A stretch of DNA of 54,785 nt from an uncultured Syntrophus sp. GTDB taxonomy: Bacteria > Desulfobacterota > Syntrophorhabdia > Syntrophorhabdales > Syntrophorhabdaceae. The notes under the pieces were generated by a model. That model worked only from the letters and a program-made list of their open reading frames with translations. It was not told where the DNA came from and ran no database searches. Below are positions 1 to 8,876 of this stretch, piece after piece. The first letter of the stretch is position 1, and every line of letters begins with the position of its first letter. The DNA lies in the NCBI GenBank assembly GCA_964644085.1, contig CAZXVZ010000001.1:1-54785 (forward strand). The letters run 5' to 3'. A program made the translations under genes and the position numbers.

Positions 1-531
1 GGTGACGCATATGCAGGGGCCTTAACAACAACCTTCCTTATTAGGGGTGTTAATTTTACGCCCACCGATGTTGGGACAATCAATAAAGGCCTGGGGCTGG
101 TCGCAACGATTGTGGGGGCTCTCTTTGGCGGCTCGATTATGGTGAAACTCGGCCTTTTCAGAGCACTTATGATTTTCGGTCTTTTTCAGATGATATCAAA
201 TTTATCTTTCATGGTACTGGCCTGGGTCGGGAAGAGCTATCCTGCTATGATCACGGCAGTTGCCTTTGAAAATGTTTCAGGAGGTATGGGGACGGCTGCT
301 TTCATGGCCCTTCTGATGGCTCTTTGCGATAAACGCTACAGCGCGACACAGTTTGCCCTTCTGTCATCACTTTCCGCGCTTGGCCGGGTTGTCATCTCGC
401 CTACATCAGGCTATCTTGTTGCTGCTGTTGGCTGGCCGGTTTTCTTTTTCATCACCTTCCTCGTTGCCTTACCGGGATTGGCGCTTCTCTGGTGGCTGCG
501 CGGTGATATCAATGCCATAAAAGAAAATTGA
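1..531 (+). CDS. ampG: AmpG-family MFS muropeptide permease, C-terminal fragment (5' end lies outside the window)
   Basis: Frame 1 is open from nt 1 (GDAYAGALTTTFLIRG...) into ORF 112..531. The sequence is hydrophobic and multi-TM. It contains FENVSGGMGTAAFMALLMALCDKRYSATQFALLSSL, which I recognise as AmpG-like. Confidence 0.6.
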   Translation, partial: GDAYAGALTTTFLIRGVNFTPTDVGTINKGLGLVATIVGALFGGSIMVKLGLFRALMIFGLFQMISNLSFMVLAWVGKSYPAMITAVAFENVSGGMGTAAFMALLMALCDKRYSATQFALLSSLSALGRVVISPTSGYLVAAVGWPVFFFITFLVALPGLALLWWLRGDINAIKEN

Positions 532-634
532 TCTATTGACATGCGTGGAAAGATTATTTTACTGCCCATGAAAGAAAAAAAGGGTATAATAAAATTGATA
601 TGATTATTCGATGCAATTTTGTTATTAATAATGA

Positions 635-2131
635 ATGCCGATACAGATAAGAGATATGGACAACGGATCGGAAAACAAGGCGGATAGAGGTAAAATTATT
701 GTAGTCGAAGATGAACAGAGCATACTGAATATGCTCTGTGAACTTTTAACCGCCAACGACTACGCCGTGGAAGGTTATGCAGACAGCAAGAAAGCCCTTG
801 CCTCACTTAAAAACGGTGGATATCAGGTATTAATTACCGATTTAATGATGCCGAAAGTCGATGGCCTCCAGCTTATTAATTTCATACAAAAAGAATTTCT
901 GGATACGCTCGGTATAGTCATGACGGGTTACGGGAGCATGGACAGCGCTATCAGCGCTATGAGGAGCGGGGCTTTTGACTATATTCTTAAACCATTCAAA
1001 CTGGAAGAAGTCCTTGCGACAGTTGATTCTGCGATGTACTATTACAATCTGTTAAAGAGCGATAATATCCCTAAAGGTCTTACTCTCAAAGCAAATTTGC
1101 TCCGCCGGTACGCAGAGAATAAAATTATTCGGGAAAATACTATCTTACGAAGTTGCCTGAAAGACAAATACAAATTTGAAAATATTATCGGCATCAGTTT
1201 TGCGATGCAAAAAGTTTTTGAGATGATTGAAAAGGTGGCTGATACAAATGCCACAGTATTGGTCACCGGCGAAAGCGGTGTAGGCAAGGAACTTGTTGCC
1301 AGAGCCATTCACTATAATTCTTCGAAGAGAGACAATCCTTTTGTGGTCGTCAATTGCGGCGCAATACCGGAGACCCTCCTTGAGAGCGAACTTTTTGGCT
1401 TTGAGAAAGGTGCTTTTACAGGAGCTATCAATACGAGATTCGGCAAATTCGAGCTTGCCGATGGAGGCACGGTTTTCCTTGATGAGATAGGCGATTTAAG
1501 CCTTAATCTGCAAGTAAAGTTACTCAGGGTTCTGCAGGAAAAGACCTTCGAGAGGATAGGGGGAGCGAAAACAATAAAGGTGGATGTGCGAATCATCGCG
1601 GCCACCAACAGAATCCTGGATGATCTGGTGCGACAGGAAAAATTCAGGGAAGATCTTTATTACAGACTTAATGTAGTGCCCGTTCAGATACCGCCGCTTC
1701 GAGAAAGAAGACAGGATATCCCGCTTCTCCTCAATTATTTTCTCGAACGCTCAAATAAGATGAACCAGGCTGCCATAGAAGGATTCACCGAGGAAGCCAT
1801 GAGGGCGCTTATGGATTATGAATACCGCGGCAACGTTAGGGAACTCCAGAATATTGTTGAGAGAGTGGTGGTATTGAAAAAGAACGGCTATATCGATATT
1901 GAAGATCTTCCGGAAAAACTCTATAGTGGAGAACGAACACATGGCGACGAAAAAGAAGCCGGGCAACTTGACAATGGAAAGAGCTATGATACTCTCGTGT
2001 CTGAGTTTGAGAGAGGTCTTATTAGAAAAGCGCTTGGTCAAACTCAAGGTGTGAAAAGCAAGGCGGCAAAGATTCTTAATATCAACAGGACTACTTTAAT
2101 CGAGAAAATGAAACGGCTGGGCCTGGAATAA
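635..2131 (+). CDS. Sigma-54-dependent response regulator (NtrC/Fis-family enhancer-binding protein)
   Basis: 498 aa. It has a receiver domain (VLITDLMMPKVDG). The AAA+ sigma-54 interaction domain shows Walker A GESGVGKE and the GAFTGA loop (EKGAFTGA). The C-terminal Fis-type HTH reads AAKILNINRTTLIEKMKRLGL. Confidence 0.9.
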   Translation: MPIQIRDMDNGSENKADRGKIIVVEDEQSILNMLCELLTANDYAVEGYADSKKALASLKNGGYQVLITDLMMPKVDGLQLINFIQKEFLDTLGIVMTGYGSMDSAISAMRSGAFDYILKPFKLEEVLATVDSAMYYYNLLKSDNIPKGLTLKANLLRRYAENKIIRENTILRSCLKDKYKFENIIGISFAMQKVFEMIEKVADTNATVLVTGESGVGKELVARAIHYNSSKRDNPFVVVNCGAIPETLLESELFGFEKGAFTGAINTRFGKFELADGGTVFLDEIGDLSLNLQVKLLRVLQEKTFERIGGAKTIKVDVRIIAATNRILDDLVRQEKFREDLYYRLNVVPVQIPPLRERRQDIPLLLNYFLERSNKMNQAAIEGFTEEAMRALMDYEYRGNVRELQNIVERVVVLKKNGYIDIEDLPEKLYSGERTHGDEKEAGQLDNGKSYDTLVSEFERGLIRKALGQTQGVKSKAAKILNINRTTLIEKMKRLGLE

Positions 2132-2667
2132 ATCTGTCTGTCAAAAAAGTGACGAATACAACGAAATTATAACACCACCCATTAAAATTTAAAAAACCCT
2201 TAGTAATAAATAAAAAATCAATAAAAACCCCAAAGGGACCCGCCAAAAGATTTGAAACCCGGTGTATTGTTCGGTTATCAGAGATGTACCTTCCACAAGT
2301 AATAAACCAGGATTTGTCATTAAAACAAGGGCCATGCCGGATTTCTTTTACAAGCACGCTCCCTCAAGCCCCCGCCGCTTCAATCGGCGGGACTCACGTC
2401 GCCCCCTCCATGAACAAAGTCCATAAAGGCACGCCCTCTCGCCCGCTGCGCGGTCTATTAAATATTCCCGCTCGACGTCGGAACTTCTACTTACGCAAAA
2501 GGCCAAGCTTCCTTGTCTCTTGAGGGTTTCTTTCAGAAAACCCAACGTACCACTTAATGACAAACTCGGGATACGTAGACATTTTCATGTCAACATTTTG
2601 ACGTAATCGCCTGTCATAATTTGTTAGGTTATTTTTAACTTGCTAATATTATTTAATTTATTTTATT

Positions 2668-2683
2668 TGGCATATTTATTGCT
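2668..2683 (+). promoter_or_regulatory. Sigma-54 (-24/-12) promoter upstream of flhG-fliA
   Basis: TGGCAT-ATTTA-TTGCT has GG and GC at the canonical spacing of TGGCAC-N5-TTGCW. It lies about 100 nt upstream of the flhG start, in an AT-rich spacer, downstream of an EBP gene. Confidence 0.6.
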
Positions 2684-2783
2684 TTCTCCACTAAGCAATG
2701 AAAAGACAAGGGAAGATTAAGGAATTTACCGATAAGCTGCCCCATAATGAAAGACTTGACAGTGTATTTCCTGTGGGTGCCCT

Positions 2784-3530
2784 ATGATGACTGTTGAAGG
2801 AAGAAAGACGATTACAATTACGAGCGGAAGAGCAGGAGTAGGTAAGTCATCAATTGTTTCCAATATGGCCTATATCCTGGGGAATATGAACAAGGCCACG
2901 TTCATTCTTGATGCTAATCTTGCTTTGGGAAATAACAAAAAAATATCCGGCATAGCCTCGAAATCCAGTGTAAAGGATTTTTTTGAAGGGACCAAAAAAT
3001 TAGATGAAGTCATTGAGAAAGGCCCTTGTGGTATAAAGATTATTCCTGTTGCGTCCAACATCAGTGAATTTTCCAGACTATCTGAAAATGAAAAAAATAT
3101 GTTCTTTTCTTTTATACAGGAACTCCCTGAGTACGATTATTTGATTGTTGATACTTCCGCCGATATTTCAACCAATGTCGTCTATTTCAATGTGATGAGT
3201 CAGGGTATTTTTATAGTCCTTACCCCTGAACCGTCAAGTGTCAGCGATTCATACGAGGTCATAGAAGCCTTACATAAGAAGACAGGCAGAAAAGACTTTA
3301 ATATCATTATAAATATGGTGAAGGATGAAAAGGAAGCCCTGGAAATATTCAAAAAAATTGTGAGTGTGACGGACAAACTGTTCGATGTCTACCTCGATTA
3401 TTTCGGCTATATCCCACTTGATAAGAATATTATTGAAGCGACGAGAAAAAAGGAATTATGGGTGGAACATTTCCCTGATATTTTTGCCACAAAGGCGCTC
3501 GTCCAAATCTGTAAAAGGTTGGTGTCATAA
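2784..3530 (+). CDS. flhG: MinD/ParA-family ATPase, FlhG (YlxH)-like flagellar regulator with a variant Walker A
   Basis: 248 aa P-loop protein (TITSGRAGVGKSS; LIVDTSAD). Its stop overlaps the fliA start by 1 nt (TAATG at 3528-3532), which is the usual flhG-fliA arrangement. Confidence 0.7.
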   Translation: MMTVEGRKTITITSGRAGVGKSSIVSNMAYILGNMNKATFILDANLALGNNKKISGIASKSSVKDFFEGTKKLDEVIEKGPCGIKIIPVASNISEFSRLSENEKNMFFSFIQELPEYDYLIVDTSADISTNVVYFNVMSQGIFIVLTPEPSSVSDSYEVIEALHKKTGRKDFNIIINMVKDEKEALEIFKKIVSVTDKLFDVYLDYFGYIPLDKNIIEATRKKELWVEHFPDIFATKALVQICKRLVS

Positions 3531-4267
3531 TGTGGAAAAGAGCATACGCGAAAACATATGTGGATGAAAGAGAAAAAATCATTGACGAATTCGTGCCCAT
3601 CGTCAAGAATCTTGCCTACAAGGTATCAAAGCGCTATGATGACGGCGATATCATCGAAGACCTCATCTCTGCGGGTATTGTAGGTCTTCTTGAAGCAATG
3701 GAAAAGTATGATGAGAGCAAGGGCAATAAGCTGAATACGTTCGCGTACCTCAGAATAAGAGGGGCAATGATCGATGAATTACGCTCCAGAGACTGGTTTC
3801 CGAGGAGTGCCCGGTCGAAATCAAAAAAAATCAACGAGGTAATCAGAAAGCTGGAAAACAAACTGGGCAGGCTTCCCGGTGAAGAAGAAGTTGCCGACGC
3901 TTTGGGAATTGGCCTTGAAGACTATTTCACGATGCTCAAGGACTACGGAAATCTATCCGTGTTAAGCATAGAAGATTTGCACGAGCTTCTGGGAGAAGAC
4001 AAGGAAAAAGTTATCCGCTATGTCATGAATGAAAGCGATGATCCTGAAAAATGTGCGGAGATGTTCGAGTTGGAAGATCTCCTTACTAAAGAATTCGATA
4101 GACTTCCGGAAAGACAGAAATTTGTCCTCAGCCTCTATTACCATGAAGACATAAATATGAAAGAGATTGCCAGAGTACTGGGCATTACTGAGGCAAGGAT
4201 TTGCCAGATCCATTCACAGGCTATTATGAATTTGCGTGTGTCAATGAAGAAATATCTTAAGAATTAA
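3530..4267 (+). CDS. fliA: Flagellar sigma factor sigma-28 (FliA/WhiG family)
   Basis: 245 aa. Sigma-70 regions 2 to 4 are recognisable (FAYLRIRGAMIDELR; LSLYYHEDINMKEIARVLGITEARICQIHSQAI). Size and flhG/che/flgM context fit FliA. Confidence 0.9.
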   Translation: MWKRAYAKTYVDEREKIIDEFVPIVKNLAYKVSKRYDDGDIIEDLISAGIVGLLEAMEKYDESKGNKLNTFAYLRIRGAMIDELRSRDWFPRSARSKSKKINEVIRKLENKLGRLPGEEEVADALGIGLEDYFTMLKDYGNLSVLSIEDLHELLGEDKEKVIRYVMNESDDPEKCAEMFELEDLLTKEFDRLPERQKFVLSLYYHEDINMKEIARVLGITEARICQIHSQAIMNLRVSMKKYLKN

Positions 4268-4441
4268 ATATAGATCATTAGAGACACCTATCGCAATAAT
4301 TCGGTAAATGTCTGCCACAAATGATTTGGGGATTTAAATAGACAGATGTCGGATTTTGAAAGTTTTCCTTGTCCGCTTATCGTCACATTTCACAGTAGTT
4401 TTCATAATATATGTTTTTTAGTGCACTTTATAATTTGGGAT

Positions 4442-4468
4442 TAAGATTTACCTGCTTTGATCCGATAA
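4442..4468 (+). promoter_or_regulatory. Sigma-28-type promoter ahead of the cheB operon
   Basis: TAAG-N17-CGATAA (TAAGATTTACCTGCTTTGATCCGATAA), compared with the consensus TAAA-N15-GCCGATAA. It lies about 310 nt upstream of cheB. Confidence 0.55.
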
Positions 4469-4779
4469 TAATAATGGATTGAGAATATGCGCGCAGTCAT
4501 GTTTGGAAAAATAGGCCTTATTGCGGTGTTTTTCCCGAACGATGTGAGAAATTATCAATGGATTTCGAGAATGATTGCGGTACTGAAGCTGATGAGGAAA
4601 GAGGGGACTGCTCAGCTGTGATAAACCGGAGGCATATATCTGCAAAAGAGATTGACCAGGAGATAATCGCCTCAGTTTTAGTGAGTTTTTTTACGGCTAT
4701 GGTCTTTTGTTTTAATTATGGAAAGCTTCGGATTGGGGTTTATCTCTGTTGATGAAATGAAGGGGCAACAAGGAAAAAA

Positions 4780-5808
4780 ATGATTAAGGTTCTCGTTGTG
4801 GATGACTCTCTTGTTATGCGAAAAGCAATATCACGCATGCTGTCGAAGGACCGTGATATCCAGATTGTGGGAACCGCCATGAATGGCCGGGACGCCATTG
4901 AGAAAGTGGAGACTCTAAAGCCGGATGTAATAACAATGGACATTGAAATGCCCGTCATGGATGGCCTTGAAGCGCTCCGTCATATTATGTCTCGAAACCC
5001 TATCCCTGTTATTATGCTGAGTGCCTTGACGAAGGAAGGCGCTGATGTGACCATGGAAGCGCTTGACCTCGGCGCTTGCGACTATGTAACAAAAGATTTT
5101 GCCAACATGGCAAACTCCTTAGCCGCGAAAGAAGCGGAGATTCTCGCCAAGATAAAAAATATTGCTAAAAATAAAGTTAAATTCTTATTAAGAAAACTGG
5201 ACGTTACCAAAAAACCGATCGTCCTGGATCCTGATCAGAAAATTAAACATGAAGTTTTATCCATTGGAGCATCCACCGGCGGCCCGCCTGCTCTTCAGCA
5301 TATTCTTTCAAAGCTCCCGAAAGATTTCCCGATTCCCGTCATTATAGCGCAACACATGCCGAAGCTTTTTACACAGTCTTTTTCGCAGAGACTCGACGCT
5401 GTTTCTCAGCTTCATGTAAAAGAGGCAGAGGAAAATGAACAACTTGTCCCCGGTGTTGCCCTCGTCGTGCCGGGAAATACGCATGCCGCGCTCAGAAGAA
5501 AAGGAAAGGAAGTCATCGTTGAGTTTGTGAATGGGGCACAGTATATTTACAGGCCTTCAGTTGATCTTCTTATGTCATCTACCGCCGAGGCCTATCAAGA
5601 ACAATCAATCGGTGTTGTCCTGACGGGGATGGGTAATGACGGATTGGTAGGCATGAAAGAGATGAGATCGAAAAATGGATACATTATCGCTCAGGACGAG
5701 GAGACGTGTGTGGTTTATGGCATGCCGAAGGCAGTCATTGCAGCCAAACTCGCTGACGCCATTCTCCCTATAGACAAGATATCCGAGGAAATAATGAGGG
5801 TGCTATGA
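4780..5808 (+). CDS. cheB: Chemotaxis response regulator protein-glutamate methylesterase
   Basis: 342 aa. It combines a receiver domain (VLVVDDS...DIEMPVMDG) with a CheB methylesterase domain (GASTGGPPAL, GMGNDG). Confidence 0.95.
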   Translation: MIKVLVVDDSLVMRKAISRMLSKDRDIQIVGTAMNGRDAIEKVETLKPDVITMDIEMPVMDGLEALRHIMSRNPIPVIMLSALTKEGADVTMEALDLGACDYVTKDFANMANSLAAKEAEILAKIKNIAKNKVKFLLRKLDVTKKPIVLDPDQKIKHEVLSIGASTGGPPALQHILSKLPKDFPIPVIIAQHMPKLFTQSFSQRLDAVSQLHVKEAEENEQLVPGVALVVPGNTHAALRRKGKEVIVEFVNGAQYIYRPSVDLLMSSTAEAYQEQSIGVVLTGMGNDGLVGMKEMRSKNGYIIAQDEETCVVYGMPKAVIAAKLADAILPIDKISEEIMRVL

Positions 5809-7652
5809 AAAAAACTAAGAGTCAAAAAACGGCACATAAGAGAGTGACTAAAAAAGCATTAGCGCATAGTATTGGCCTCTTGAGAGATGGGGATAATTTC
5901 GAAAAAGAAAAAGCCATAGATGCCCTGATAGCGTCTCCGGGTAAGGAAGTCGTGGAAGCGATTATTCCTCTTTTGCAGGAGAAGAATACGAGCACAAGAA
6001 TGGCAGTTCTTGATGTTTTAAAAAAAATCGGAGGCAGCCATGTTGATGGTATTATTACAATGCTCTACGATGAAAATGAAGATATAAGAGTCTATGGCTG
6101 CGAGGTTCTCAGTTTTTTAAAAGACCCGCGGGCCATCCCCAGCCTCATTGATAAATTGGGTAATGACGCCGAAAACGTGAGAAACGCTGCGTGCATGGCA
6201 CTTGGAGATTTTGATGACAAAGAAGCTATAGAGGCTCTCTTAAATGCCCTGCAGGATGACGAATGGGTTGCTTTCTCAGCGATATACAGTATCGGACCGA
6301 AAAAACTCAAAAGTGCCGCACCACGGCTTATGGAGTTTTTCAAAACAGGCAGCGAAGAACTGTCAATCGCCGCGTGCGAAGCGCTGATTGAATATAAGGA
6401 TAATGATATTCTTGATGAGATTTTTGAAATACTGAAGAGATGGGACAGGCCGAAGAGAAACGTCTATTTGAAAACCATTCTTGAGAAAGGCAATGAAGAG
6501 CTTTTTCGAAAACTCAAGGAAAAAATTGGGGATGAATTATATGAGCACCTTTTAAGCAGTGTCCGGAACGAGAAACAGCATTCTCTTGAAATAATGCGAA
6601 TGCTCACGAATTTCAAACACAGGGAGACCTGCGAGGCAATCCTCGACGTGCTCAAAGAAATGGATGCTGATAGCGAAGATTATGAAGCAATATTAATACT
6701 TTTTGCCTCCGTCAGTGATATGTGGGGTCATTATATCGAAGAATATATGAAAAAGGACGAGAAATACCTGATACCGATTATCAGGGCTTGCAAGATAGCC
6801 GGTGTTAAACTTGAAGAACCGGTACTCCTGGATGTGTATCTTTCCTCTTCTATCGATGTTAAAAGGGAGATTATCACCGGTATCCCCGGTATTATCCGTG
6901 AAAATGGAAGCTCAATCGTGCGGGAAGCCATCAAAGACACTGACGGTCATATAAAGGGATATGCCGTGGATGTAGTTGGGGCCCTTTCGCTCCATGAATT
7001 AAAAGATGACATAATATCTATTACACAAAATGATTTCCCCGACGTAAGAACAAAAGCAATCAAAACGCTTTTCTCTCTCGATAAAGGCGGGGCAATGAAA
7101 CTTATAAAGACTTTTGTATATGACGGTTCTGCGGAAGACAAGAAAATATATCTCTCGGCAACGCACCTTATCGACGGAGAAGATAATTATCCCTTTATTG
7201 AAAAACTGATCTTTGACAGGGATGAAAACGTGAGAAGAAGTACGACAAGAGTAATCGGCAATTTTGTCCAAAATCAGCGTTATGTTGATTTGCTCCAAAA
7301 AATTCTCAAAGATGACAATATATCCCATGAGGTATTAAAGGTCATTAGAGACAAAAAAATGAGTATGTTTACAGACAGGTTGATAGAAATATTTGTCGAC
7401 AAGAAGAAGGAGGCGTGGACACGATATTACGCGCTCACGGCGCTCGGTGCTTTTGAAGACAATTCATTGTTTGATATTTTCGTGAACGGTCTTAAAGACC
7501 ACAATGGTCTGATTGTCATAGGATGCATGAGGGCACTGGCGGATTTAAATGATAAAAGGGCTATACGTTATATAAAATCTTTTACGGAGAATTCCAACGA
7601 AGATGTCAGGTCAACGGCAGAGTCGGTGCTGGAAAAACTTGAGGGCATATAG
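5805..7652 (+). CDS. HEAT/PBS-lyase-type repeat protein encoded inside the che operon
   Basis: 615 aa. The start overlaps the cheB stop (ATGA at 5805-5808). The protein is a continuous series of roughly 30-residue HEAT-like repeats, e.g. DENEDIRVYGCEVLSFLKDPRAIPSLIDKLGNDAENVRNAACMALGDF. Confidence 0.85.
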   Translation: MKKTKSQKTAHKRVTKKALAHSIGLLRDGDNFEKEKAIDALIASPGKEVVEAIIPLLQEKNTSTRMAVLDVLKKIGGSHVDGIITMLYDENEDIRVYGCEVLSFLKDPRAIPSLIDKLGNDAENVRNAACMALGDFDDKEAIEALLNALQDDEWVAFSAIYSIGPKKLKSAAPRLMEFFKTGSEELSIAACEALIEYKDNDILDEIFEILKRWDRPKRNVYLKTILEKGNEELFRKLKEKIGDELYEHLLSSVRNEKQHSLEIMRMLTNFKHRETCEAILDVLKEMDADSEDYEAILILFASVSDMWGHYIEEYMKKDEKYLIPIIRACKIAGVKLEEPVLLDVYLSSSIDVKREIITGIPGIIRENGSSIVREAIKDTDGHIKGYAVDVVGALSLHELKDDIISITQNDFPDVRTKAIKTLFSLDKGGAMKLIKTFVYDGSAEDKKIYLSATHLIDGEDNYPFIEKLIFDRDENVRRSTTRVIGNFVQNQRYVDLLQKILKDDNISHEVLKVIRDKKMSMFTDRLIEIFVDKKKEAWTRYYALTALGAFEDNSLFDIFVNGLKDHNGLIVIGCMRALADLNDKRAIRYIKSFTENSNEDVRSTAESVLEKLEGI

Positions 7653-7661
7653 AGAAACGCT

Positions 7662-8492
7662 ATGATGACAAAAGACGAATTTGTCATGTTACGGGATTTC
7701 ATCTACGAGAAGTCGGGAATATTTTTTCCTGAAAACAAAACCTATCTTTTAGAGAGCAGACTGACGAACAGGCTTGGTGAACTCGGATTAAGTTCTTTTG
7801 AAGACTATTATTACAGACTCAAGTACAGCAATGATAAGGCGATGAATGAAATTCCCAACCTTTTCGATGTTGTTACCACGAACGAAACAAGTTTTTTCAG
7901 AAACCCTCCACAATTGGATGCGTTCAAAATTATTATGCAGAAGAATTATTTAAACGGTACCAAATCTGCCGCCGCACCTCTGAAAATATGGAGTACCGCC
8001 TGCTCAACAGGGGAGGAACCGTACACGCTTGCCATTATGATGGAAGAGCTTATTCAGACAACAAAACAGAACATACCTTATTTCATTTACGCGACCGACA
8101 TCAGTCAAAAAGTCCTTGAATCGGCGAAACGTGCGGTATTCAGTCAATACAGCATGCGCAACACTGATGAGTCGCTTAAGAATAAATATTTCATTGAAGA
8201 AAATCACATGTTTAAATTAAAGGAGAATGTGAAGAGAAACGTTAAGATAGATTTTATGAATCTGATTGATGAAAACTCGTATCGAGCATATCGACAGATG
8301 GACATTATTTTTTGCAGAAATGTTCTTATCTATTTTGATGAAAAGATGAAGAAAAAGGTCATCGAGAATCTGTATGAGTGTTTGAAGCCAAGAGGATTTC
8401 TGACAATCGGCCATGCGGAGTCACTTCACAATATTTCAAGAGCTTTCAAACCCCTCGTATTTCCGGGGACTATTGCCTATCAGAAAGGATAA
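7662..8492 (+). CDS. cheR: Chemotaxis protein methyltransferase
   Basis: 276 aa. It has a CheR N-terminal domain and a SAM methyltransferase domain (IWSTACSTGEEPYTLAI; IFCRNVLIYFD). Confidence 0.95.
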   Translation: MMTKDEFVMLRDFIYEKSGIFFPENKTYLLESRLTNRLGELGLSSFEDYYYRLKYSNDKAMNEIPNLFDVVTTNETSFFRNPPQLDAFKIIMQKNYLNGTKSAAAPLKIWSTACSTGEEPYTLAIMMEELIQTTKQNIPYFIYATDISQKVLESAKRAVFSQYSMRNTDESLKNKYFIEENHMFKLKENVKRNVKIDFMNLIDENSYRAYRQMDIIFCRNVLIYFDEKMKKKVIENLYECLKPRGFLTIGHAESLHNISRAFKPLVFPGTIAYQKG

Positions 8493-8495
8493 TCT

Positions 8496-8876
8496 ATGAA
8501 AACAGTACTTATCGTAGACGATTCATCAACTATAAGAAAACTGCTGGGTTATATCTTAAAAAAGAAAAACTTTGTCATTGCAGAAGCGGAAGATGGCATC
8601 GATGCTATGGAAAAATTGGGCCACGTGCAGGTTGATCTCGTGATCGTGGATCTTAATATGCCTAATATGGATGGGATTGAGTTCGTTAAAAATCTGAGAG
8701 ATAATTACTATTACATGGACACTCCTGTTATTATGCTGACGACAACGAAAGATGATAAGCTCAAAAAAGATGCTTTTGATGCCGGAGTCAATATGTTTCT
8801 CAACAAACCTATCCAGCCGAATTTTTTACTTTATAAGGTTGAGAGCCTTTTAAGCGAGGAGGAAGACCATGGATGA
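8496..8876 (+). CDS. cheY: Single-domain chemotaxis response regulator
   Basis: 126-aa stand-alone receiver (LIVDDSSTIRK; VDLNMPNMDG; NKP). It sits between cheR and cheA, and its stop overlaps the cheA start. Confidence 0.85.
   Translation: MKTVLIVDDSSTIRKLLGYILKKKNFVIAEAEDGIDAMEKLGHVQVDLVIVDLNMPNMDGIEFVKNLRDNYYYMDTPVIMLTTTKDDKLKKDAFDAGVNMFLNKPIQPNFLLYKVESLLSEEEDHG

Noticed and set aside
2493-2504. ACGCAAAAGGCC resembles the ACGCAAAGCC junction of c-di-GMP-I (GEMM-I) riboswitches.
   Set aside because: There is no preceding GNRA-capped P1 hairpin with GGCAAACC and no matching P2 stem. It also lies upstream of the sigma-54 promoter rather than in a leader.
2416-2570. Possible RNase P RNA or tmRNA in the GC-rich spacer. 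The + strand shows AAAGTCC (2416-2422), GCAAAAGGCCAA (2495-2506) and ACAAACTCGGG (2560-2570) in the same order as RNase P conserved regions. GTCGCCCCCTCCA (about 2398-2410) looks like a tRNA-like 3' end.
   Set aside because: The spacings are far too short for RNase P (about 150 nt against about 300 nt). The would-be P4 strands are not complementary and GGAAAGUCC is imperfect. For tmRNA, no T-arm/acceptor geometry ending in ACCA can be drawn and no GGGG 5' partner exists. The region is kept only as an unclassified candidate.
2729-2735. A CCGATAA sigma-28 -10 element 50 nt upstream of flhG.
   Set aside because: No TAAA/TAAG -35 element lies 16-17 nt upstream (the sequence there is AGGG/GGGA). 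It is mentioned only as a possible weak autoregulatory site, not called as a promoter.
4487-4752. Small ORFs in the 310-nt cheB leader (44 aa from 4487; 64 aa at 4558..4752). Also considered: a riboswitch in this leader.
   Set aside because: Neither ORF has a convincing ribosome-binding site or recognisable motif, and their composition is atypical. I could not find any known riboswitch core (GEMM-I/II) in the leader. The long leader itself remains unexplained.
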